Assembly: GCA_945878005.1 (NCBI GenBank)
Contig: CAMCSJ010000003.1
Location: 1-32,698 of the forward strand
Reading direction: 5' to 3'
DNA from: Rickettsia typhi
GTDB lineage: Bacteria > Pseudomonadota > Alphaproteobacteria > Rickettsiales > UBA1997
Length of the DNA: 32,698 bases
The notes below the pieces were generated by a model, which was given only the letters and a program-made list of their open reading frames with translations, did not search any database and was not told the origin of the DNA. Below, one piece after another: positions 1-8,531 of this stretch. Every line of letters starts with the position of its first letter. Within the stretch, counting starts at the first letter, position 1. Made by a program: the position numbers and the translations under genes.

Positions 1-515
1 GGATTATTGATTTTTAACTTCTTTAAAATTTTGATTTCTAATTGCTCCATGATAATTGCCATTTGTTCTTTTTCATGATCATATCCAATCAGATGTAAAA
101 TACTATGAACAATCATATGCGTAAGATGATCATCAAATTTTTTATTCTCCAATTGAGCTTCTTTTTGAATAGTTTGCAATGATAAAACTATATCTCCTAA
201 AATTAAAAAATTTTGTGCTTTAAGGTGATTTTTTAAAAAATTCTTAATACCAATTTTATTAATATTTTCTCCATCAAAATTTGGAAAAGATAGCACATTA
301 GTTGTGTTGTTTTTTTGGCGAAAATTGTAATTAATTTTTTTCATTTGCAAATCACTTACGATTGAAAAATTAATTTCTAGCTGATATTTTTTTTGAAGAA
401 ATATTTTTAAATCACTCAAAGCAATAATTTTTAAAACAATATTTTTGATAAATTCATTAATATTTATTTGCTCTTGATATTTTTTACTTTTTATTGATAT
501 ATCGCAGATAACCAT
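1..515 (-). CDS. ybeY: rRNA maturation endoribonuclease YbeY (3' end runs off the window; not in ORF track)
   Basis: Manual translation from the ATG at 515: MVICDISIKSKK...NFRQKNNTTNVLSFP...LGDIVLS...DHLTHMIVHSILHLIGYDH, containing the HxxxHxxGYDH Zn motif. It starts 6 nt after the hemH stop. Confidence 0.95.
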   Translation of the reverse strand, partial: MVICDISIKSKKYQEQININEFIKNIVLKIIALSDLKIFLQKKYQLEINFSIVSDLQMKKINYNFRQKNNTTNVLSFPNFDGENINKIGIKNFLKNHLKAQNFLILGDIVLSLQTIQKEAQLENKKFDDHLTHMIVHSILHLIGYDHEKEQMAIIMEQLEIKILKKLKINN

Positions 516-521
516 ATCTCT

Positions 522-1610
522 CTAGTCTTTACAGGAATTTTTATTTTGACAATAACGATATTTTTTTGGACAAAATCTTAAATTTTTATCTTCAAAAAAA
601 TAGTCATCTTGTTCGTTAGAATTAACATTGATGCAAAGTGTTTTAAGCGCTTGAATAAAATTCCCATCGACATTAAGCGCTGGAACTCGATAATAATTTT
701 TAATTCCTAACTCATTGGCAAGATGCTTATATTCAATGTCAAGCTCAACTAAAGTTTCGGAATGATCTGAAACAAATGCAATGGGAATTATCAGTGGATT
801 TTTATTATCTTTGGCAATTCTTTTTATTTCATCTCCAAGGCTTGGAGTAGTCCATCTAAGTGGACCAACTTTCGATTGATAGCAAATTTGAAAATCAATT
901 TTACCAATGTCAATTGATAATAAATTTGCTAATTGATTCATAACTTCTGCAACTGTTGATTCAACATGATAAACGTAAGGATCTCCTGAATCAATTAATT
1001 TTTGTGGCAATCCATGAGCAGAAAATAATAAACGAATTTTATCTAATTTTCCATCATAAAATCGATTTAAACTTTGCTTAATCATTAAGGCATGAGCTTT
1101 ACAAAAATCTTTATTAACTGGATAACAGCAAATTGTTTTTATTTTAGTTTTTTCTTTAATATTTTTAGGTAATTTTTCTAAAAAATCATTGATTGATGAT
1201 GCAGTTGTTGAGCTTGAAAATTGCGGATAAAGTGGAAGTAAAATTATTTCTTGAGGTTGATATTCCTTCATTTTTTCAATGGTTTCAGATGCAAATGGAT
1301 GCCAATATCGCATTGCAATAAAAACTTTAAAATTTCCATGAAAAGATAATTCTTTCTCAAGTGCTTCAGCTTGGTTACTGGTAATTTCTAGTAATGGTGA
1401 TTTGCCATTTATCTGAGCATAAATATCTTGAGCTTTTTTATCTCTTCTACTTGAAATTAATTTTGCCAATAAATATCGAAAAGGCCAAGGAAGACCAATA
1501 ATAGCATGATCATTAAACAAATTAAATAAAAATGGTTTAACAGCTTGCAAGCTATCTGGACCACCGAGATTGAATAAAATTATCGCTGTTTTTTTATTAT
1601 GACTTTTCAT
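522..1610 (-). CDS. hemH: Ferrochelatase
   Basis: LFNLGGP, MRYWHP, LPLYPQFS, LLFSAHGLP, GDPY, YQSKVGPLRWTTP and FVSDHSETLVELD motifs; Cys-containing C-terminal tail. Confidence 0.98.
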   Translation of the reverse strand: MKSHNKKTAIILFNLGGPDSLQAVKPFLFNLFNDHAIIGLPWPFRYLLAKLISSRRDKKAQDIYAQINGKSPLLEITSNQAEALEKELSFHGNFKVFIAMRYWHPFASETIEKMKEYQPQEIILLPLYPQFSSSTTASSINDFLEKLPKNIKEKTKIKTICCYPVNKDFCKAHALMIKQSLNRFYDGKLDKIRLLFSAHGLPQKLIDSGDPYVYHVESTVAEVMNQLANLLSIDIGKIDFQICYQSKVGPLRWTTPSLGDEIKRIAKDNKNPLIIPIAFVSDHSETLVELDIEYKHLANELGIKNYYRVPALNVDGNFIQALKTLCINVNSNEQDDYFFEDKNLRFCPKKYRYCQNKNSCKD

Positions 1611-2397
1611 AAAAATTTCTTAATGATTTAAATGTTAAACTTATCGCAAATACTGCGATTAAAGTTAACACAATAGTTGCACTAATTGTTAAATTATAAA
1701 CTTCCGAAATTTTGAATGATAATAGCGAAAAAATAATGGCAATTATCAAGCTTAAAAACAGCATTGATAGAGGCGATTTTGCAAAAATTCTTGCAATAGT
1801 TGGAGGTAAAATTAACAATGCAGTAATAAGAAAAACTCCAACCATTTGTAGCGTTAAAGCAATAGTAGTAATCAATAAAGTTAAAAATGAAATATTGATT
1901 AATTTAATTTTTATTTTTTCAATTTTTGCTAAATCACCATCGATATTTATCAATAAAATTTTTTTATAAAAACTAAAACTATAAATAACCACAATCACCG
2001 CAACTATTGCCAATGCTATGACTTCATTGGTTGAAACAGTCATAATATCTCCAAAAATATAATTAGTGAAATTAAAATTTGGTAAAAAAATATCGCTCAA
2101 AATAAAAGCTAATGCAATTGAAAAATATGATAACATCATCACCAAACTATCTCGGGTAAAAATTTTGCTGTGAAGAATTGTTGAGCAAATTAATGCAAAA
2201 AATCCAGCAAATATTAAAAAAATTATATTTTGATTCATTTGTAAAAAAGCTGATAACACAACTGCTAGTAGCATGGAATGCGATACAGCATCTCCAAAAT
2301 ATGCCATTTTTTTCCACATTACAAAAACTCCAAGCAATCCCGAAATAATCGCAATTAGAAACACAGATAGTATTGGCTTGAGAAAAAATAGCGTCAT
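1597..2397 (-). CDS. znuB: Zn/Mn ABC transporter permease (ZnuB/ABC-3 family)
   Basis: GVFVMWKKMAYFGDAVSH, YIFGDI and VGVFLITALLILP motifs; highly hydrophobic; overlaps the hemH start. Confidence 0.92.
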   Translation of the reverse strand: MTLFFLKPILSVFLIAIISGLLGVFVMWKKMAYFGDAVSHSMLLAVVLSAFLQMNQNIIFLIFAGFFALICSTILHSKIFTRDSLVMMLSYFSIALAFILSDIFLPNFNFTNYIFGDIMTVSTNEVIALAIVAVIVVIYSFSFYKKILLINIDGDLAKIEKIKIKLINISFLTLLITTIALTLQMVGVFLITALLILPPTIARIFAKSPLSMLFLSLIIAIIFSLLSFKISEVYNLTISATIVLTLIAVFAISLTFKSLRNFYEKS

Positions 2398-2542
2398 TTA
2401 TTGCGATCTTTTTTTACTTTTTTAATTTGTTAATTACCTAAGCAATTTAATGCCTTGATTTAATTTTTAGCAAGAAAAATTATTAAAAAAAACAGTTTTT
2501 ATTATTTCTTGTGTAAAATAATTTATTACTAATTATTCCTTT

Positions 2543-2935
2543 ATGACTGCAAAAACTAATGAAGCTTTAGCATCATTTATGAAAAAGCAAATCGTTGAAA
2601 AATCTACCAAAAAAAATTTAATAGAACAATCAATTTTTTCACAAAATAACGAAAAAGATGAAAAAGAAAAAGAACAAACTAGTGAAAAATTAAGTGAGGA
2701 AGAAGAAAAAGAACAAAAAGAATTAGCGGATGCAAAACTCTCTTCCAAGATGAAGGTAGCTCAAATGGATCAAACCGAAATGCTCAAAAAACTTATTATT
2801 CAAGTTGCTGTAAAGCTTATTCTTATAATTGGAAGCATGATAGTTCTTGCTTACGGGGTAATTGAATTAGCTCCAAAAATTTTTTCATCGCTCAATAGTG
2901 CATTATTTAATGCATTCATCAACTCAGTTAAGTAA
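2543..2935 (+). CDS. Hypothetical protein with a charged low-complexity region and a C-terminal transmembrane helix
   Basis: 130-aa ORF filling the intergenic space; E/K-rich middle and hydrophobic segment LIIQVAVKLILIIGSMIVLAYGVI. No family recognised. Confidence 0.75.
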   Translation: MTAKTNEALASFMKKQIVEKSTKKNLIEQSIFSQNNEKDEKEKEQTSEKLSEEEEKEQKELADAKLSSKMKVAQMDQTEMLKKLIIQVAVKLILIIGSMIVLAYGVIELAPKIFSSLNSALFNAFINSVK

Positions 2936-3082
2936 TCAATTAAATAAATTTAATCGATCAATTTATTTAAAAATACAATTTCTCCAAGGTTAATTTGACT
3001 TTTAATTTTATTTGATTTTAACTATTTTACCTTTTTAAAATTTCTTTTTATAATCTTTTTACAAAATACTTAAGAGAAAAAT

Positions 3083-4198
3083 ATGACTAAACAAAATAAC
3101 AATTTTTTCGATCGCATGAAAAACATTTCAGAAACTAACGAATCTAAAGCTAATGGTGATAAGGCTTTTAATCCAAAAGATCGCATTGAAAATAACTATT
3201 CCAAATCTGAAAATATTACTCTTAAAAACAATTTCATAAAAAACTTTAATAAAGAACAACTTCTTAACTTTTATCGTGAAATGCTTTTAATTAGAAGATT
3301 CGAAGAAAAAGCCGGACAACTCTACGGAATGGGATTGATAGCAGGTTTTTGTCATCTTTATATCGGTCAAGAAGCAATAGCTACGGGAATGCATCACACC
3401 ATGAAAGATGGCGATAAAGTAATCACTACTTATCGAGATCACGGACATATGCTAGCGGTTGGATCTGATCCTAAAAAAATTATGGCAGAATTAATGGGAA
3501 GGAAAGATGGATCTTCAAAAGGCAAAGGTGGATCGATGCATCTTTTTGATCTTGATCGACATTTTTACGGTGGACATGGAATTGTTGGAGCATCAGTTCC
3601 AATTGGTGCAGGACTTGCTTTTGCAGATAAATATCTCAATCGCAATAATGTTTCTTATTGTTATTTCGGAGATGGAGCAGCTCATCAAGGTCAAGTTTAC
3701 GAAGCTTTTAACATGGCTAAATTATGGAATCTTCCCGTGCTTTTTATCATCGAAAATAATCATTACGCAATGGGAACTTCACTAGCTCGAGCATCAAGCG
3801 TTGACGAACTTCACAAAAGAGGTATTGGTTTCAATATTCCAGGAGTCAAAATTAATGGCATGAATGTTTTAGATGTTATTTATGATTCACAAAAATGCGT
3901 TGATTATGTTCGTGCAGGAAATGGTCCAATGATTATTGAAATGGATACTTATCGCTATCGAGGACATTCAATGTCTGATCCTGCTAATTATCGCAGTAAA
4001 GAAGAAGTAAATTGCAAAAAAGAGCAAGATCCAATCGATATCTTACGAAATGAAGTTCTTGCTAATAAAATTGCCAATGAAGAAGATTTTAAAAAGATTG
4101 ACGATCAAATTAAAAATCAAATTAATGAGATAGTTGAATTTTCTAAAAATAGCCCTGAACCTGATGAATCAGAACTTATGACCGAAATTTACAATTAG
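3083..4198 (+). CDS. pdhA: Pyruvate dehydrogenase E1 alpha subunit
   Basis: IRRFEEKAGQLYGMGLIAGFCHLYIGQE, GKGGSMH, TPP motif GDGA...ENN, TYRYRGHSMSDP. Confidence 0.98.
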   Translation: MTKQNNNFFDRMKNISETNESKANGDKAFNPKDRIENNYSKSENITLKNNFIKNFNKEQLLNFYREMLLIRRFEEKAGQLYGMGLIAGFCHLYIGQEAIATGMHHTMKDGDKVITTYRDHGHMLAVGSDPKKIMAELMGRKDGSSKGKGGSMHLFDLDRHFYGGHGIVGASVPIGAGLAFADKYLNRNNVSYCYFGDGAAHQGQVYEAFNMAKLWNLPVLFIIENNHYAMGTSLARASSVDELHKRGIGFNIPGVKINGMNVLDVIYDSQKCVDYVRAGNGPMIIEMDTYRYRGHSMSDPANYRSKEEVNCKKEQDPIDILRNEVLANKIANEEDFKKIDDQIKNQINEIVEFSKNSPEPDESELMTEIYN

Positions 4199-4255
4199 CA
4201 ATATTTTGTATTAAAAAAAAATTTATATTAAACAATAATTACAATTAACAATTTT

Positions 4256-4305
4256 ACTAGATAAAACTAAAAATAACTAGATAATATTAAACATAACTAA
4301 AAAAT
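4256..4305. repeat. Five degenerate 10-bp tandem units between pdhA and pdhB
   Basis: ACTAGATAAA / ACTAAAAATA / ACTAGATAAT / ATTAAACATA / ACTAAAAATA, read directly from the sequence. Confidence 0.6.
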
Positions 4306-4329
4306 AATTTAACTTAATAATTTTCAATT

Positions 4330-5322
4330 ATGACCATTAGAAAACTTACTGTTCGCGAAGCAATCAGAGAGGCAATTTCCGAAGAAATGCGTTTAACTCC
4401 AGAAGTCTATGTTATTGGCGAAGAAGTTGCTGAATATAACGGAGCTTACAAAGTAACTCAAGGTTTACTCGCTGAATTTGGAAGTAAAAGAGTAGTTGAT
4501 ACTCCAATTACTGAACAAGGTTTTGCAGGATTGGCAATTGGATCTGCATTTGCTGGACTCAAGCCAATTGTAGAATTTATGACTTTTAACTTTGCGATGC
4601 AAGCCATTGACCAAATTATTAATTCTGCTGCCAAAACTAACTACATGTCGGGAGGACAGGTTCGTTGTCCAATAGTTTTTCGTGGACCAAATGGTCCAGC
4701 ATCTCGAGTTGGAGCTCAACATTCCCAATGCTATGCCTCATGGTATGGATCAATTCCGGGATTAAAAGTAATCTCTCCATATAGCGCATCAGATGCCAAA
4801 GGTCTTTTAAAATCAGCGATTCGTGATGCTAATCCAGTAATTTTTTTAGAAAATGAAATTACTTATGGATTTAGTTTTGAAGAAAATTATGATGATGATC
4901 ATTTGGTGGAGATTGGCAAAGCAAAAATATTGCGACAAGGAAAAGATGTTACCATTATTGCTTTCTCATTAATGGTAAAATATGCCTTAGAAGCATCTCA
5001 AGAACTTGCTAAAATTGGCATTGATGCTGAAGTTATTGATTTAAGAACAATTCGTCCTATTGATCGCGATACCATTATTTCTTCAGTTAAAAAAACTTCT
5101 CGATGTGTTACCGTTGAAGAAGGATTTCCATTTGCTTCAATTGGTAGCGAAATTTCTTCAATTATAATGCAAGAAGCTTTTGATTATCTTGATGCTCCAG
5201 TTAAAAAATTAGCTTCAATTGATTCTCCTTTGCCTTACGCTGCAAATTTAGAAAGTCTAGCTTTACCAAAAACTCATAACATTATTGAAGCAGTGAAGGA
5301 AGTTTGCTATCGCAATAAGTAA
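4330..5322 (+). CDS. pdhB: Pyruvate dehydrogenase E1 beta subunit (no N-terminal lipoyl domain)
   Basis: [51 protein letters not shown] and [10 protein letters not shown] motifs. Confidence 0.98.
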   Translation: MTIRKLTVREAIREAISEEMRLTPEVYVIGEEVAEYNGAYKVTQGLLAEFGSKRVVDTPITEQGFAGLAIGSAFAGLKPIVEFMTFNFAMQAIDQIINSAAKTNYMSGGQVRCPIVFRGPNGPASRVGAQHSQCYASWYGSIPGLKVISPYSASDAKGLLKSAIRDANPVIFLENEITYGFSFEENYDDDHLVEIGKAKILRQGKDVTIIAFSLMVKYALEASQELAKIGIDAEVIDLRTIRPIDRDTIISSVKKTSRCVTVEEGFPFASIGSEISSIIMQEAFDYLDAPVKKLASIDSPLPYAANLESLALPKTHNIIEAVKEVCYRNK

Positions 5323-5432
5323 TTTTAAATAAAATTTAAACAACAATTTGCAATATAAAATTTTATTATTAAAAATAATTTTACTTTTATAAAAATTGTT
5401 TATTTGATTATTTATAAATCTATTAACTTAGC

Positions 5433-5447
5433 TTAAGTTGCAATTAA
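5433..5447. promoter_or_regulatory. Possible CtrA box upstream of the ftsB-like gene
   Basis: TTAA-gttgcaa-TTAA (TTAA-N7-TTAA). Plausible in front of a cell-division gene, but such matches arise easily by chance in AT-rich DNA. Confidence 0.25.
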
Positions 5448-5568
5448 ATTTGCTAAAGATAATTAACTACTGATAAATTTATTAAAATAATTTAGAAATA
5501 ATTATATTTAAATAATATTAATATTTTTAAGATTTATTTTTATAAATTATATTAAAATTCATATTCAA

Positions 5569-5979
5569 ATGATTCAAAATAATCAGCAAAACATTAATCA
5601 AGTTTCAATTCCTAAATCAATTTCGCGAGTTAATTTTTTATATAATTTTGTTAAAGAAAATAATATTAAAAAACCTCAATTTATCTGCTATTTTATTGCT
5701 TTGGCATTGATTATTTATTTTATTATTGTGACAATTTTTGGTGAAAAAGGATTGTTTTTTTACAAGTCTTTGAAATCTCAAGTTCAAAATAAAGAATTTG
5801 TAAAAAAAGAACTAATTGGCAAAATGCGAACCAAAAAATCTATGGTTGAAGGAATGAATTTAGAATCTCTTGATTTAGATTTAGTTGATGAGCAATCTCG
5901 TAAAGTTTTAGGTTATGTAGGTAAAAGCGAAGTGGTAATTTATCAAGATAAAAAGATTGACGATGATGAATCTAACTAA
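5569..5979 (+). CDS. ftsB: Septum formation initiator family protein (FtsB/DivIC-like)
   Basis: One TM helix ending in FGEKG, a coiled coil, then LDLDLVDEQSRKVLGYVGKSEVVI, typical of alphaproteobacterial FtsB; located near pdhAB. Confidence 0.82.
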   Translation: MIQNNQQNINQVSIPKSISRVNFLYNFVKENNIKKPQFICYFIALALIIYFIIVTIFGEKGLFFYKSLKSQVQNKEFVKKELIGKMRTKKSMVEGMNLESLDLDLVDEQSRKVLGYVGKSEVVIYQDKKIDDDESN

Positions 5980-6580
5980 CGAATTAAAACGCAAATCACT
6001 TCATTTTCTACTAATTTTAATCCCAATAATTTTTTGTTTTTTAGGAAAAACTATAAGTTTATCGATTCTTATTCCCCTTACTGCAGTAATAGTCTGGCTA
6101 GATTTTTATCGTTCAAAAAATTACAAAATTAACGAGATTTTTTGTAAAATTTTTCATAATATTTTACGCCCTCATGAGCTTGATGGAAATAAATTATGCG
6201 GAGCAAGTTATGTTGCACTATCTGCTTCACTAAATTTTTTACTATTTCCCAAAGCAATTGCGGTAACGGGATTTGTAATTCTTGTAATCAGCGATAGTCT
6301 TGCTGCAATTATTGGCAAATCAATTGAAAGTAAACCATTTTATGAAAAATCATTTGCAGGATCAGTAGCTTTTTTCATTAGCGGTTTTATGATTTTAATT
6401 TTTCTTGGTATAACTTTTGAAGTTAAATTTTTATTTTATTTTTTCGGGTTTTTTTGTACATTATTTGTGGCAATTTTAGAAGCTAGACCTAGCATTTTCA
6501 AGATTGATGATAATTTTGTAATTCCTACTGCTTTTTGTCTTCCGATGTTTTTCCTTGATATGTTGTGGAATTTTATATAA
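5957..6580 (+). CDS. SEC59/DGK1/VTE5-family membrane protein (dolichol/phytol/diacylglycerol kinase-like); true start probably the ATG at 5963 or 5966
   Basis: ELKRKSLH, ILRPHE, SDSLAAIIGK, KSFAGS and IDDNFVIP motifs; multi-TM; immediately upstream of dnaG. Confidence 0.88.
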   Translation: MTMMNLTNELKRKSLHFLLILIPIIFCFLGKTISLSILIPLTAVIVWLDFYRSKNYKINEIFCKIFHNILRPHELDGNKLCGASYVALSASLNFLLFPKAIAVTGFVILVISDSLAAIIGKSIESKPFYEKSFAGSVAFFISGFMILIFLGITFEVKFLFYFFGFFCTLFVAILEARPSIFKIDDNFVIPTAFCLPMFFLDMLWNFI

Positions 6581-6682
6581 ATCAAAATATCATTGTCACA
6601 ATTAAGGTTTTTTATTATCAAATTAAAAATAATTAATTTCTTAAAATACAATAAAATTGTTTAAAAATATTAATTTATCACA

Positions 6683-8479
6683 ATGCAATTTCCTCAAGAT
6701 TTCCCAGATAAATTACGCTCATCAATTTTAGTTTCTGAAGTTGTTGGGAAAAAAGTTGTTCTAAAGAAGAAAGGCAGAGAATTTATGGGTCTTTGCCCAT
6801 TTCATAATGAAAAAACTCCATCCTTTACGGTCAATGATCAAAAAGGTTTTTATCATTGCTTTGGTTGTCAAGCTCATGGAGATATCATTACTTTTGAAAT
6901 GAATCAAGAAGGATTGGATTTCAAAGAAGCAATTTACAAACTTGCCAGAGATTTTTCAATTGAAGTTCCGCAAGTTAAAAATTTTAAAATCGATCAAGTA
7001 AATAACGATCATTTAGCCTATGAAATACTTGAAGAAATAACTAAATTCTTTGAAAAAAATCTTTATCTTCCAATTGCTCAAGATGCTCGAAAATATTTAC
7101 AAAAACGCGGAATAAATTCGGTAATTGCCAAAAAATTTCGCCTAGGTTTTGCCCTAGATTCCTATGAATCGCTAACCAAGCATTTGCAATCAAAAAACTA
7201 TTTAGAAAAAGATATTTTACAATGCGGAATTATCGCTAAAAATGATCGTCAAAAAATCTATGACAAACTTCGCAATCGCATTACTTTTCCAATCACCAAT
7301 AAAAAAAATCAAGTAATTGCTTATGGAGCAAGAACCTTGGGCAATGATTTACCTAAATATCTCAATTCACAAGAAACCGAAATATTTAAAAAAAATCACA
7401 CTCTCTACAACATTGCCAATGCTCGTAAAGCAATTTTTGATAAATCCTTTGGGGTAATAGTTGAAGGATATATGGATGCAATAAGTTTATCAGTTAATGG
7501 TATTGAAAATGTTGTAGCAGGATTAGGTACCGCAATTGGCGAAAATCATCTCAAGCAATTATTTCAAATCACTGATAAAATTATTATTTGTTTAGATGGA
7601 GATAGTGCTGGAATTCGAGCTGCACGAAGATTAAGTGATATCGCATTACCATTGATCAATGTTAAAAAAAATATTGCTTTAGCAATTTTGCCAAATGAAC
7701 TCGATCCTGATGATTTCATTAAAACCTATGGAGCTCAAGCTTTTATAAAGTTTCTTGATGAAGCTAAATCCTTATCACAAAGTTTATTTGATTTTGCGAT
7801 TAGCGATTTATCGCTTAGTGATGTTAATCAAATTGTAGCAGAAGATCGGGTTAAGTTGGAAGAAATTCTTCACCAAAAAACTAGTTTAATAATTGACAAT
7901 CAATGCAAAAAACATTTTACCAATTTTTTTAAAGACTGTGTTTTTAACTTAACTAGAAATAATTTTAAGAAAAATATTAAAACCAATTCTATAGTTTTAA
8001 ATAAAACTAAATTTAATAATTTAGGAACAATAAATTCGCTACCAAAACAGGCTGAAAATATTGCCTTGCAAATTATTTCACTTTTAATTACCTACCCTAC
8101 TCTCTGTAATTATAGCGATGATGTTTTTATTTTTCGTGATGTCAATTTATTCGATGAAAAATTTACTACTCTCAAAGAATTTTTAATTGATTTAATTGAT
8201 CACCAAGAAAAAAATTTACTAGAAATGCTTGAAAACTCAGAATTTAACTCCTACAATAAAGCCCTTAAACCAATGATTTCTGGATTAAGTCAAAAAAATT
8301 TTGATTCTTGTAAAAATCTTTTTAGAATTTTATTGCTTAAGGATTTACTCCTGCAATTAGAAATTCAATGTCAAGAATCTCTAAATAAAAATGATGATTT
8401 ATACAGCGAAAAAATCACGGAAATTCTTAATTATAAAAACTCCATTAAGCTATTGATTAATAAGCTTGAAGTGGAATAA
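6683..8479 (+). CDS. dnaG: DNA primase
   Basis: CHC2 zinc finger CPFHNEKTPSF...CFGC, KYLNS, TOPRIM motifs VEGYMD and DGDSAG, DPDD. Confidence 0.98.
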   Translation: MQFPQDFPDKLRSSILVSEVVGKKVVLKKKGREFMGLCPFHNEKTPSFTVNDQKGFYHCFGCQAHGDIITFEMNQEGLDFKEAIYKLARDFSIEVPQVKNFKIDQVNNDHLAYEILEEITKFFEKNLYLPIAQDARKYLQKRGINSVIAKKFRLGFALDSYESLTKHLQSKNYLEKDILQCGIIAKNDRQKIYDKLRNRITFPITNKKNQVIAYGARTLGNDLPKYLNSQETEIFKKNHTLYNIANARKAIFDKSFGVIVEGYMDAISLSVNGIENVVAGLGTAIGENHLKQLFQITDKIIICLDGDSAGIRAARRLSDIALPLINVKKNIALAILPNELDPDDFIKTYGAQAFIKFLDEAKSLSQSLFDFAISDLSLSDVNQIVAEDRVKLEEILHQKTSLIIDNQCKKHFTNFFKDCVFNLTRNNFKKNIKTNSIVLNKTKFNNLGTINSLPKQAENIALQIISLLITYPTLCNYSDDVFIFRDVNLFDEKFTTLKEFLIDLIDHQEKNLLEMLENSEFNSYNKALKPMISGLSQKNFDSCKNLFRILLLKDLLLQLEIQCQESLNKNDDLYSEKITEILNYKNSIKLLINKLEVE

Positions 8480-8531
8480 TATTAAATAAATTTAATCATT
8501 TTTTAACAAATTCAAAAAATTAAGCTTTATC

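Noticed and set aside
1712-1969. Short ORFs antisense to or nested in real genes (e.g. 1712-1969, 2533-2748, 3507-3785, 4465-4728, 8609-9158, 9736-9954, 13673-13930, 15128-15337, 17139-18105, 18809-19015, 19117-20017, 21144-22495, 24559-24750, 29080-29606)
   Set aside because: They overlap well-supported genes, show no motifs and look like shadow frames.
2940-2970. Inverted repeat TTAAATAAATT/AATTTATTTAA after the 2543 ORF as a terminator
   Set aside because: The stem is all A/T with no following U-tract; too weak to call.
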